Positions 1-11,673 of a DNA stretch of 64,000 nucleotides are shown here, one piece after another. The notes beneath the pieces are model-generated. The model saw only the letters and a list, made by a program, of their open reading frames with translations, was not told where the DNA came from and searched no databases. Position numbers and translations under genes: made by a program. Source of the DNA: Minutocellus sp. GHC0000111. Its lineage: Eukaryota. Within the stretch, counting starts at the first letter, position 1, and every line of letters begins with the position of its first letter. Location of the stretch: NCBI GenBank assembly GCA_977018835.1, contig OZ361257.1, forward strand, positions 5,146,001-5,210,000, written 5' to 3'.

Positions 1-1196
1 GATATGTGCGGCGGATCGGAAGTGGAACTCTGCTGGGAGTCAATGGTGGCATTATTACTGACACTTTCACTGCTGCCATCCGTATCCCTACCATCAGCCA
101 GCAGGGCACTTCCAATGTCCCAAACAACATCGTCACGGTAGTACCCTCCAACTCCCGAGGCGAGATCGGAATGCTGGCGATATTGGCCCACCCACGTCCT
201 GTTGGAGTAGACTAGTTTGGCCGAATGGACGACCCTCCGGAGGGATGAGGTGACCAGCTCCCCTGCCGCCAAAGGCAGGGTGGTTGTGACGGCATGCGAT
301 GCCGATCTGGCAATGACCTGGCCGGTGTACTGGATGGACTGCATGGCTGTCGTTGCTGCGCCAGTGCTGACTGCTGAAGTCGATGTGATGGCTGTTGTTG
401 TTGCATCGGTCTCCGGTGATGGAAGCGAAGCATCTGCATCTGCATCTTTATCTGCCGCGGAATCTGTATCATCCTTGTCAATGTCAGTGCTGCCGGTATC
501 CTCATGATTCCGAGAAGTCTCATCATCGTCACCGTCATTATCGTCATCATCGCCACCATCAAACGAACTATCGTATGCAGCACATTCGTCTTCATCTTGA
601 ACATGAGCATCATCGGTCTCACCATCATCACTAATACAGCCTTCTCTGTCGTCCGAAGACCCATCGACTTGCTCAAGGGGAGGATCTGGAGGTGTTTGTG
701 CGGAATTAGCCGCAACTTCCACCTCGTCTGCCTGATCCTCGAGTATCCCCGGACAATCGTCGGTCGTGGTGTTCGGTGTACCATCGTGCTCGCGCGTGCG
801 TTCTTGTTCTTGTTCGTGCGATGGCTGTTCCATAGCAATGTGATCACTGCACGAATCTCTAAACGCGTCTTCTGGATCATCATCGGCATTATCCCCGACA
901 TTGCTTGTTGTCGCATCTTCTTTCGTCGTCGGTGGTGAGGCTGCACGAGCACTAACATCCGTATCTTCCTTTTGGGCCTTCTCGCCATCAGCGGCAGCAT
1001 CGTCAGAACAAGAATTTTGCTCCACTCCTGCGTCATCGATGGTTGTGGCCCCGCGTATCTGTCGTCGGCGCCGACGCCTCCGATCGGGGGACATGTCGGC
1101 AGTGGCAGCACCGCGGCTGCTGGTGGAGGCCGACGACGACGCGGCGATGGCCGTGGTGGCCGCACCGGCCACGGCGGCAGCCAAACGGACGGGCAT
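1..1196 (-). CDS. Acidic low-complexity protein of unknown function, runs off the window start
   Basis: Manual translation from ATG 1196 (MPVRLAAAVAG...DDDDNDGDDDE...) stays open to position 1; an in-frame upstream ATG exists at 1247. The listed 212..1165 ORF is a shadow frame. Confidence 0.6.
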   Translation of the reverse strand, partial: MPVRLAAAVAGAATTAIAASSSASTSSRGAATADMSPDRRRRRRRQIRGATTIDDAGVEQNSCSDDAAADGEKAQKEDTDVSARAASPPTTKEDATTSNVGDNADDDPEDAFRDSCSDHIAMEQPSHEQEQERTREHDGTPNTTTDDCPGILEDQADEVEVAANSAQTPPDPPLEQVDGSSDDREGCISDDGETDDAHVQDEDECAAYDSSFDGGDDDDNDGDDDETSRNHEDTGSTDIDKDDTDSAADKDADADASLPSPETDATTTAITSTSAVSTGAATTAMQSIQYTGQVIARSASHAVTTTLPLAAGELVTSSLRRVVHSAKLVYSNRTWVGQYRQHSDLASGVGGYYRDDVVWDIGSALLADGRDTDGSSESVSNNATIDSQQSSTSDPPHI

Positions 1197-1418
1197 GGTT
1201 ACGGTTGTTCTGGCGTTTGCTTGTGCTGATTTTTGGGCAGTTAGCATTTGTTTCTGAAGTACGTCATCTTGACGATCTGACCTCTGCCGCGTCAAAACCG
1301 CTAACGGTCAGCTCCCATCTCCAAAGGTGCTATGCTGGTCAGTCTCCAGATGCCGGCCGGCCCTCTCGTCTATCGCCGCTCGGGACACTGACAGATATCG
1401 GCCCATCAATAGGAAGCA

Positions 1419-2261
1419 ATGGCGTCAACAATAATGCTAGCTACATATCTGGCGCTGTGTGTGCTGGTGACTGCGTCATTGGCATTCACATCACCGCTCG
1501 CTACATCCCCTGCTCGGAACGTCGGTGCTCGGTTTGTCAACACTTGGCAAGCCGCAGGTTGTCCGCCTCGTGCCTTGTCGACCACCTACAACGCAGCCCC
1601 GAATGATGACGATGATGCAAAAACTGCGACTATTGCCGACTCAGCGCCATTCACCCACTCGGACATAACCTGGAAGCTCCGACCACCGAAGGAAACGCCG
1701 CTGCTCAAACGACTGGCCGTCCGAGGTGCGTCAGCGCTCATCAAGGCGGACTGCTTCCTCCGACGGAAGACTCCGCCGCCGGTGCTGTGTCCCAAGGGTG
1801 GTCAGGCCATCCTTCAGGCCTACTACCGTCCTCCTGGGTCACTGCGAAAGAGGCAAATTGCACGCTTTGGCATCACCACGATCCGTGGTCCACCGGCGCC
1901 GCCCATCGAAGAGACGGTGACAGATCTGTACGGGATTGAACAATTTCCTCTGGGAGGCATTGGGGCGGCTGCCATCATATACATGTTTGTGGAAGAAGAG
2001 TATCGCAAGCGGGAGGTCGGGGTGCTAGCACTGGAGGTGATATCGGCCATCCATACCGTCGCGGGGTGTGACTTTACCTTGCTGGTGGCAGACGATGATG
2101 GGAGCGGGAAGCTGGTCGATTGGTACGAACGACATGGGTTCAGCAGAGCCCCCAAGCTGCAGGATATGATGGGAAGTCCCGGGGAAACGTTTGGCGTTAG
2201 CATGATTGCACCTACGCAAGTACCAGAAGGTTTCTTTCAGCAGGTTAAGATAAAGTGGTGA
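1419..2261 (+). CDS. Plastid-targeted GNAT-family acetyltransferase
   Basis: Signal peptide ending SLA|FTSP; GNAT motif A-like MFVEEEYRKREVG and LVDWYERHGF. Confidence 0.8.
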   Translation: MASTIMLATYLALCVLVTASLAFTSPLATSPARNVGARFVNTWQAAGCPPRALSTTYNAAPNDDDDAKTATIADSAPFTHSDITWKLRPPKETPLLKRLAVRGASALIKADCFLRRKTPPPVLCPKGGQAILQAYYRPPGSLRKRQIARFGITTIRGPPAPPIEETVTDLYGIEQFPLGGIGAAAIIYMFVEEEYRKREVGVLALEVISAIHTVAGCDFTLLVADDDGSGKLVDWYERHGFSRAPKLQDMMGSPGETFGVSMIAPTQVPEGFFQQVKIKW

Positions 2262-2444
2262 TGAGACTTGAAAAGGAAAATATGTAAACAGGCTTTGGAA
2301 AATGATGGATTTGCAGATTGGCAGTTGACGAATGGTTTTCTATTATCCATTGCATCTTCTATGGTATTATACCACGTCACGGCAGCACACAACCCGAGAT
2401 GATCTGCCAAATTTATTTACTCTTCGTCTTCGTCGTCCTCCTCG

Positions 2445-3137
2445 TCAATGAAGGAGCTCCTTGGCCAGATACTCGCGGAGACCAGGAACTCGTAGACCAG
2501 ACATCTGGACGGCGACGGTCATGCCGGCCTGGAACGGATTCTCACAGCCAGCCTCCTTCATCATGGCGAGGATGGGGTCTCGGATGGCCTTGCGAAAGAC
2601 GTCGTCGGCGCAGATGTCGCCATACTCCTCGACGGTCATGGTCGACTCGTACTGGATGGAACGGGGAGCTGGAAGGTCAATTTCGAGATCGACCTTGGTG
2701 TTGAACGGACGAGGGCCCTCCTCGTCAGGGTCGTACTCGTCGTATTCATCGTCGTCGTCCTCGTCTCCACTGATGGCCTGGCCGGGATGACTCTGGAGCG
2801 TCCTGCGCATACGACTGATCTCCCGTCGGACGCGACCAACATCGTGACGGTCGACACCCTTGGCATCCTCGGGCAGGGGCAAGACGGCGGTCATCTTGTC
2901 GGAGGATTCAGCGAGTACAGCATGGATGTGCTTCTGCAGGCAGTCGTCGAGGATGTTGTTGGAGAGCGACGAGTTGCGCTTGAGGTCGATGCTGGGCGAC
3001 GAGGATCGGTTCTGCGTGCACCCAAGGAGGTGGGTAGGTTGCTTCTTGGGCTGGTACCGGATGGTCACGACAAAGGGAGCCTCTTCAGGGGGGCTAGGGG
3101 CGTCAGCAGCTTCGGAGGTTGTGTTGGTCTTTGTCAT
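2445..3137 (-). CDS. Hypothetical protein
   Basis: Long ORF from ATG 3137 with protein-like composition and an acidic patch; no recognised domain. Confidence 0.6.
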   Translation of the reverse strand: MTKTNTTSEAADAPSPPEEAPFVVTIRYQPKKQPTHLLGCTQNRSSSPSIDLKRNSSLSNNILDDCLQKHIHAVLAESSDKMTAVLPLPEDAKGVDRHDVGRVRREISRMRRTLQSHPGQAISGDEDDDDEYDEYDPDEEGPRPFNTKVDLEIDLPAPRSIQYESTMTVEEYGDICADDVFRKAIRDPILAMMKEAGCENPFQAGMTVAVQMSGLRVPGLREYLAKELLH

Positions 3138-3536
3138 TGTTCTATCTAGCTGCGTGGGTATCAGCTCTCGCTTCCAAGTATTACACAATCGGAGGGTATC
3201 ACATACGAGTGTGTGCTCTAGCTAGGAATTCCTAAAGTGAGCAATTGCTTTGGCAAAGGCCTTCTACGGCTCGACTCAAGATTTCAAAAAGTCAGTGCCG
3301 AGCCATTTTTGCGTCAAAAAGTCGTAAAGATGACGGAGAAGAAATCATTCGCCCGCCCCGCTTTGCGATTGCGTGAGCGAAGCGATCGCGAGGCAACGCA
3401 ATCAGACCATGCCATGCGTTATTTTATCACGCCGAATAGACTAGCATCACGTGATAGCATAGCAGGCACGAGTAGGCTCGTGCATCGACCGGTACGCCGT
3501 TCTCGCTGACCATCTCATCTGTTTTTAAGTCATTTC

Positions 3537-4076
3537 ATGCCCTCATCTCTTTTGCGCAAGCTGTCTCAGGTCATGACAAAATGTACTGACGACGAGGAGC
3601 AGGATGGCGGCATCCACCTCCGTGTTGCAGGCATCGGCATTGACATTCAATTTACGGTGCCTTCACCATCGAGTACCATTGCCGACGTGCTCGCCAGGGT
3701 AGCGGGTGAAACGGACGTACCTGCCCCGTATCTGCTGCTGCTATTTCGTGGGAAGAAGCTGACGGATAGTGATGCAACACTGGCTGATCTCAAGATCAAG
3801 GACCGAACGCGGCTGATGCTGCTGCACGGGCCAGAGTATGGCAAGGACAAGGCGGGGATCGAGGCACTCCAGGCAATAAACAAAGAGCTGCACGACCTGG
3901 AAAAAGACGAAAGTATCGCGCCGAAGGTCATTGAAGAGATGGTCACAAGAGCCTGCATCAAGCTCGACAATATTGATGTCTCAGGGTCGGATACGCTCCG
4001 AGGCTTGCGAAGGGAGGCACTGCGTCGAGCTCATGATCTTGGTGACAAGCGAGGACATGAAGCTGCCGAATTCTAG
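3537..4076 (+). CDS. BAG-family co-chaperone (ubiquitin-like + BAG domain)
   Basis: UBL segment LLLFRGKKLTDSDATLADLKIKDRTRLMLL followed by BAG-like IKLDNIDVSGSDTLRGLRREALRR. Confidence 0.8.
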   Translation: MPSSLLRKLSQVMTKCTDDEEQDGGIHLRVAGIGIDIQFTVPSPSSTIADVLARVAGETDVPAPYLLLLFRGKKLTDSDATLADLKIKDRTRLMLLHGPEYGKDKAGIEALQAINKELHDLEKDESIAPKVIEEMVTRACIKLDNIDVSGSDTLRGLRREALRRAHDLGDKRGHEAAEF

Positions 4077-4174
4077 AATGAGGCTCATACTCTAATATAC
4101 TACTGTAGGCTATCTATCTCCAAACAAATAACTGCAAACAAACATTACGATTGCGACGATATATAATTGATCAT

Positions 4175-6544
4175 TTATTGAAATACCATTTCCATCTCTG
4201 CACCTTCGCCACTCCAATTTTCTTGGATGCCCTTTTCCCACAAGTCCTTGTCATTATTTGTCGTTACCGATACCTCCAATGGCGCATACTTGACGTACTC
4301 TTGACTTGCCATGGGCCGTGGCATCCATATGATGGAGGCGTGGAGTAATATTATAAAGAGATAGAGATCAATCAAGACTTATGATATCCACGTCCACGAG
4401 TCCTGCTGTGAATTGATGCTCCACAATACGCTAACCAAGAAGACGATGGGGTAAATGGATATGATGGCGCACATTTTCTTGTAGAGCGATCGTTTGGCAA
4501 CCAGAGCTCCACCCACAGCAATCACATTTTCGTTATCTTGACCCACCATGAGCATGCGCAAATGCCGAAGCGATCTGCGAACGTTGACCAAGAGAAAACC
4601 AACCCAAGCAACACCAAGGATTACCAGCAATATCCCTCTTGATCGGGGTGATAAGAAACCATAGAGGAGGAAGAACGCGAACCAAACACCAGCGAGGCCG
4701 TACAGGACCTTCTTGGTACTCGGTCGAATGTTTTGCTGGATCAACCAGTGCCCATCAGTCGCAAGCGTGACAACAATCTGGCTTCCCAGTATTGTGCAAA
4801 AGAGAGCAGTGGCGACGGCCATGCTCCAGGGACTCCAGTCGACAAGAGCCGCCGCAGTTCCTGAGTAAAGTACATCTATGTCCACCATGGTTCGATTCAA
4901 GTGTAGATAGTACGAAAAGGCCACGGCCGTGAACAGAAGCTGCAGGTGGATCAAATTGCGGAGCACTCGTTGTAGACCAAGCATCGGCCGGGGCGTCACG
5001 GTGGCAAAGTCTCCGCCAATACCACTGAGAACACCCCCAAAGGCATCTCGGATGGACAAGGACGAATGTCCCCACCTGCTCTTACCACTCTTACCCTTTG
5101 CAGTGACAGGATGCGGTGCTCTGGAACGTTTCCACCACGCCGCTGCCAGAACGGAGTAAAACGCTAGGAGCGCTCCATAGAAGGGAATGATGCCAGACAT
5201 GGACAGGGGAAGTTCGCCAAATTTCGACACAAAGGCAATCTCAACCTCGCTGACGACTGCTTTGAGGCCGGCAGCACGAACTTTTGCTGGCGGCTTGCTT
5301 TTGCTCTGAGTTTTGTCGGATGACGCAGCAGCTGCCGTGGAATTATTCTCCGCCAATAGTCTTACGAATTGATCTGACATTCGTCGAGCAGACGGCAATG
5401 TTTCCAACTCAGCTGCACAGTTGGATATCACGATCATATGCCTCCCCAATTTCTCCGGCCGCAGCGTCTTGACCAGATGAACTCCCGGCCCCAACTTGTT
5501 GTGGGGGTTCTTCTTCCTTTTCCGTCTCTTGCTCGGTTGCTTTTCATTTGTATCTGCTTCTTCTTCGTCTGATGATGGCACGGCATTCACCACGAGCGGT
5601 GCCGTGGTCGCCTGCATGGGACCTGTGCGGGGCGCATTGGCACGGTAATCATGAGCAAAGGACGATGGCTTGATATCGTTATCCTTCGTCGATGCCTTAT
5701 TGCCTCCGCCCGATTTATCTCCACCACTCTTGCCGCCACCGCTGCTGCTCAGGGCACATTCCGGCGGCATGACCGCCCGCTCCTGTCCTCCGACCTGCTC
5801 CGTTTCCACCCACGAGGGAAAGGGCGGTCCAAATTCCAACTCGTAGCAGCACTGCGATTTGGTCACCAGATCGGTGTAATCGTCCAGAGCCACAAGGTAC
5901 ACCTGCAAATGATGCGGCGTGGTTGAGGAATGCAGTGCCTCATCGGACGCGGCTACGGGGACCAATTCCTTTCCTTCGTCATCTACATCTTCCTCTTCGG
6001 CGAGATATCGGCGGCCGTTCCTGCCGGAATTGCCACCTTCTCCGCCGCTGCTGCCGAACCAGCGATTCCACAGGGCATTTATGCCTGCACCTCTACCACC
6101 AGCACGAGAATCACCCCCGCGATCAATGTAGTAGGCATCATCGGTCACCTCCCGGTGCACCATTTGCCTCCCATCGTCTCGCATTCGAATATCTTTCAGG
6201 GTTACCCGAACGAAACCGTGCTCGTCCATCACCACGGCGTCGAAGTTGGCCACCTCTTCCGGCGTCGTGGGACAGGGCTGAACGGAAAGAGTGGAGGACG
6301 AGGAGGCGGCAGACCCATCTCGATGCTGGACACCGGAAATGCAAATCATCTCGGGGGACAGCAGTTGCAGGTCCTTCCGTCGGTAGGTGAAGGCATCCGA
6401 TGGGCGGGCGTGATGCGCCGAGAGCAGGGCGCAGAGGAGAAGGGAGTTGGCCCGGCCCATGCCGATGGGTCTGCGGCGTCGTCGCCTTGTTCTTCGTTCG
6501 GTGTTCATCATCGTGCACTGGTCATTATGTGCTGCCCCGACCAT
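4175..6544 (-). pseudogene. GPR107/TMEM87 (lung-7TM)-like membrane protein with an in-frame stop before the last TM helix
   Basis: Signal-like segment (ATG 6460), lumenal domain, FGELP motif then several TM helices. TAA at 4381-4379 reads WTWIS*VLIDLYLFIILLHASIIWMPRP, in frame to the stop at 4175. Confidence 0.65.
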
Positions 6545-6908
6545 TTTGCAGCACTTCTATCGATATCTATCGGCTGGCTAAACAACCGCACAAATAGCAA
6601 AGGAACACGTGCGTACTCTCAATAGAGACAAGAGTATTCCTTACGGCACGTATCCGGCTTTGCAGCACCGGGCCCCGGTTATGGCGCGTGGCATTTATTT
6701 CATCGTTGCTTGCGAAGCCATTATCTGCCTCATCACACTTGGTTGATACGAGACAGACAGAAGGACGGGCTTTCCGTCACTGCATGCATGCATCTTCCGC
6801 CCCCGCCCGACGTCCCAGCGCAGGTTCTCTCCTGTTCCATTCCACGAGCAAACGTGGATGTGAAACTGGTTTCACGCCCCATACTCTACCAGTCAATCAA
6901 TAACAGTA

Positions 6909-8612
6909 ATGACGTTCAACCTCATCGGTCGCCGATATGCTCCCCGGCAGGCGATTCTTGCCCGTTCCAAGTCGACCGCCGCTGCTTCGTCATCATCGGC
7001 ATCGGCATGTCCCTTCACCGGTGGTAGTGCCGAAGCCAAGTCACCGGCACCACCAGAACTGAAACATGCGCCGAAGCTGCCAATTGTTGGTTGCTTGCCC
7101 TTCTTCCCACCCGACGAAAGCGACATGTACAGCTATCTCAATAGGCGGCGCAAAAAGTATGGGGAATGGTATTCTTTCGGAGCGCCTGGCTTTTCCAAGG
7201 ACATTTACGGCACGGTCTTTCTCATGAACGACCCCAACGAATTCGTCAAGGTTGTGAGGGGGGAGGGAACGTACCCGTCGGGAATCGTGGAGTACCTGTG
7301 GCCGATCAAGGCGGCACTGAAGGAATGCGATTCGGCACTCGTCCAGACCAATGCCGACGGCACCACCAATTGCGGCCTCTTCGATCACGGGGAGCAGTGG
7401 AAGAAGCAGCGGATGTTTCTGCAGACTGGAATGCTCGACCCCAGGACGGCCAAGGGATTCATCCCCGGTATCAGTCGGGCTGCGGCGTTGGCAACTGCAG
7501 GAGCAATCGAAATGGGCAAAGAGGGAAAATTGAATCACTATCTCAACACTGCCGCATTCGACATGTTCAGCAGCTTTATGTTGGGCGAATACACCCAAGC
7601 AGCGGCTGGACGAGAGCGTACCGATGACAATAATAATGACTCCACCAGCAACGGCGAGAACATCCGATTCTGCAACGCGGCCATCCGCTTCATGGAAATG
7701 TCCATGGCCGATATTGCTCGCTCGCCGTACGAAATGATCATGAACAAGATGGGAATCAAGACGGCAAAGTGGAACGAAATGATCGACCACTGAAAGACGG
7801 TCCAGGAGATTGGTGCGTTAAAGCTCGATCGGTTCATTGAGAAACGTCAGAGGGGAGAACTGAACGATGTAGAGAAGGCGTCGTACTTTGCCAACGCGCT
7901 GGAAAGATACGAGGCTCAGCCCGAAGGTGGCGAGGATCATCTCACACTGGACGAGGTGAAGCAACTCTGCATCCTTTCGCTTTTTGTTTCTGTCGATACT
8001 ACTTCCACCGTTACCAGTTGGAATCTCGTACACCTTGCGCTGAATCAAGATATCCAGGAGAAGCTTTACGACGAGATTGCAACTGCTGTTGACAGCGTTG
8101 GTGAGGGAGAACTCACGGCATCAGTGCTCGAGCGGTCCAACACACCCTATCTTACCGCCTTCATTCGAGAGACCAATCGGCTTACCCCTTCTTTTCCCAG
8201 CATCACCTCGAAGTCCAATAGCTCAAAGCCAATTGAGATTTATGGCAGAGAATTTCCAGTCGGAACAAACTTTGTACTGGAAAATATCGGAAACGACGAG
8301 AGATTTATCCCCGATGCCAAATTGTTTCGCCCTGAGCGTTGGTTTTCAGAAGAAGTCGAGTCCAGAAAAGGAACGAAACAAGAGCATATCGACCATGTGC
8401 TCGCTCGGGATCCCTTCGGCCAGGGGGCAAGGCGTTGTCCTGGTTCGAGGGTCGCCGCCAATGAGGTGCTATGCATGATATCGCAATTGGTTCTCAAATA
8501 CAAGATCCAAGTGTCTTCGTCAGACATCAAGTCTCTTGAAGACATTGAAAAAAACTGGGCACCCTTCATTGCCCCAGTGATCCCAAAGCTTGATTTTGTA
8601 CCGAGAGATTGA
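6909..8612 (+). pseudogene. Cytochrome P450 interrupted by in-frame TGA
   Basis: I-helix SVDTT, ExxR (RETNR), PERW, heme motif PFGQGARRCPG. TGA 7791-7793 is followed by 54 open in-frame codons joining the 7956 ORF. Confidence 0.8.
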
Positions 8613-8804
8613 TTCTACTATTGCCTTCTTTTTGATTAGATTAGAGTATTACTATTAATAGCTACGTAGCTAGACTCTCTAGCTAGTGCGTAATGACTTG
8701 TGTCATTCAAATTCATTTTCGATTCTACTACTCTCTAGTTGCTATGATACAATTTTTGATACATTGCGTGACGATGTCGAAGCTGGCTGTGTTGAAGCAC
8801 GGCA

Positions 8805-11343
8805 CTACCTGAAGTGCAGATCCTCTTCACCTAGGAAACCGGCGCTGAGTTCACCACTGGAACTTCGACGTCGCTCATTCGGTGGTCTATTTCTACCACC
8901 AGATGTATTTGATGCGATGGAAGATCGCAATGCCCCGCTACTTCCAGAGCCTCTGCGGGGACCTCCTCTTGTTCCTGAACTCCTGCGCGGCGCAGTCCCA
9001 GAAGTTCGTCTTGGCGCTGTGCCCGATGCTCGACGGGGAGCAGCAGCCCCCGGTGGAGCGCCGCCGCCATTGTATGCCATTTTGTTTTGAATCCTTGAGT
9101 TGCTGGGGACAGCGCCAGCACTTCCGCCATTGTATTCCATTTTGCTTTCTAAACCATATCCCGCTTTATTCTTTTGAGACACTGCGCCAGGAATTGCAGC
9201 GCCTCCGCCCATTGATACCTTTGCTGGAAGCTGACCTTTTGATGCTAGATCGTAGCTACTCTTTGCGTAGACATCGGAAGGCACGGGCCCTCCTCCGCCG
9301 CCATTACCACCAAAACTGCTCCGACGAGCCATTTTTTCTTCCTTATAGGAGTTTTTTTTCACTTTGTGAAATGACTTATACGCGTCGTCACCAAAGTCTT
9401 CATCAAATCTCTGTGAAGATCCATAGGATTGAACCTGTTGCTGAAATTCTTTTTGCTGCTTTGTCTTCCCACCAAAGACTCCCTTTATGTAGAGGAAGGC
9501 GGCAACGGCGATTGCCAAAACGCCTCCTACAATGGCACCGATGATGATGCCAATGGGCGGACCACCATCATTGCCACTCCCATCACCATTGGAATTTACT
9601 TGGGGGGCAGGACCTGGCGTTGTATCGGGTCCATCAACAGGCTTGGACGTTACCGGCAAGATGTCGTCAAAGTAGGAAGATCGAGATACGACAGGGTCCA
9701 TCTCAGCTGCTTCTCGCAGATCGTTCGAAAATCGCTCGCCCTCCGAATCGATAGTGTCTTCGACTTTTTGCTCTAGATCGCGCTTCCTTGGATTGCGAGA
9801 CTCTCCAGTGATTCGAACGGAGACCTCAAGGGAACCAGCCGAAGAGGACTGCAGAAGTCGGAGGGGCGCCCGCAGAGCTCGCCCCCCTTCATCTGTATGC
9901 TTCCGATGTCTGCCGGAGAGGACTATATTATCACCTGCCGGTGAGAGTGCAGTTGCTTCCTTTGCCGAGATGAGATTCTGTCTAAAGACATGAGCATCGG
10001 TGATGGTGTAGTCACCATCCAAACGTGTCCGCAAGAAATCGAGAGTCACCCTCTCCAGCAAAGCAGTCTCATCAGCACTCATTTCAGCGCTGGGCACACC
10101 ATCAAGGTTTAGGATCATGTCAGCCTGAACAGAAAGATCACCGGTATACGCCGAGGAGACTGGAATGTTCGCTGCTAGGGTTGCGATGACATCTTCCTCC
10201 AGCATTGCGTTGCGAATGTCGGCCTGAGAGGCGCTGGTCCGATGAGACACCGACACCGTAATGGCCAGGTCTGTACAAACCATTGGAGCTGATGCCGTGC
10301 ACTTTTCATCACTCGAGACCGGAAAGCTAACAACACCTCTGATGGCAAGCTCATTTCCGTCGGCAAATAATTTTAAGTTGGTTCCAGTAGTTTCCATGAT
10401 TCTCGACAGAGTATTCTCGATGGCATCATCCACCGCTGCCAAGAGATCCTCTTGATCCACGTTGGCATCATGCTGCATTGAGAATGTGTACAAAACTCTC
10501 GTGGTGGCCACTGGAGCAGGCGCTGTAGTTGGCCGAGGAGTTGGTGCCGGGGTAGGTCTAGGAGTTGGTACCGGAGGACAGGTATCAGCAGAAGTATAGT
10601 AGACGTTTCCTAAGAATCGTCTCGGTGCCAAAAAATTGGCCACGTTGTCCGGCATGGGGTACAGAATCACGCCTACTCCTTCGATTAACTCCAACTCGTC
10701 CGTTGCAGCATAAATTTCTCGAAGATCGGTAGACCCAGTTCCCGGTCGGTATCGAATATCAGGGGTCGTCAGGGTCACGTAGAAACTTTGAAAGGCCCCG
10801 TCACCGTCGATCTCAACCGGCAAGAACTCATCCATTGGAATTGGCGTTGCACGATCACTTCCCTCGCCCATTACCCGTCCCGATGCCACGAGAGTCCACT
10901 GAGATATGTCACCGAGAGACGACGATTGGCCAGTCGAAACATCTTTGTAGAGTCCAGGTAGAGTGTACACCTCATATTCCAGCATTTTGGTCTGATCTGT
11001 GTAGAAATCGAGCGAGGTTACCAGGACTGACGGTCCACCTTCGACGGTGCGGACCGAAAAAACATTGCCGTACGATCCAGAAGTTGGATTCAAGGGAGTG
11101 GAAAGGCTGTCGGGGCACCCATTGTCGTATTGGAGAGATCGATGCTTGTTGTCGTCGTTGTTGGTAGCTGAAGGTCCTCGCAATATGTCAACCACGACCT
11201 CTTGATGATCAACATCAGGTCTACAATAATAATTCGTTGCTGTCGTCGAAGTGTTGGTGCTTGCCGAGTTGAGGAGCTGCAGCAGAAGCAAATATTGGTC
11301 TGAAGAACACGAAGATAAACGCAACGCAAGGAAGCAGAGGCAT
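8805..11343 (-). pseudogene. Type I membrane/secretory protein with RXL motifs, PT spacer and TM; frameshift near 11225
   Basis: Signal peptide MPLLPCVAFIFVFFRPIFASAAAP (ATG 11343) lies in a different frame from the main ORF; TM IIIGAIVGGVLAIAVAAFLYI. Confidence 0.6.
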
Positions 11344-11673
11344 AATGCCTGCGGCTGGCCTCTTAGTGGCCATATTTATTTGATGGTACAATGGGAGAAG
11401 ATACACTCTCTTCGACTGATTGCATCGCATCCAGCCACGTCCAGCAAATCGGTTTGGGCCGATAAATGCGACGGACGCACAGTCAAACAATTATGCCCAT
11501 GACCCCAAACTGCATCCGTGCTGCTAAAATTTTGGCCAGATTGGTGCGGTCTGGCCGCCATCGGGTCCTCCCAATTCCCAATCCAAATACCAGTGCATGG
11601 CCCATGCCATGCCCAGATGCTGGAGATGACGGACCCGGCCGCCGCTGCCGATGCCGATGCTGCTGCTGCCGCC

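Noticed and set aside
7791..7793. Selenocysteine at the CYP (or epoxide hydrolase) TGA
   Set aside because: Not a redox Cys position and no SECIS-like hairpin seen downstream.
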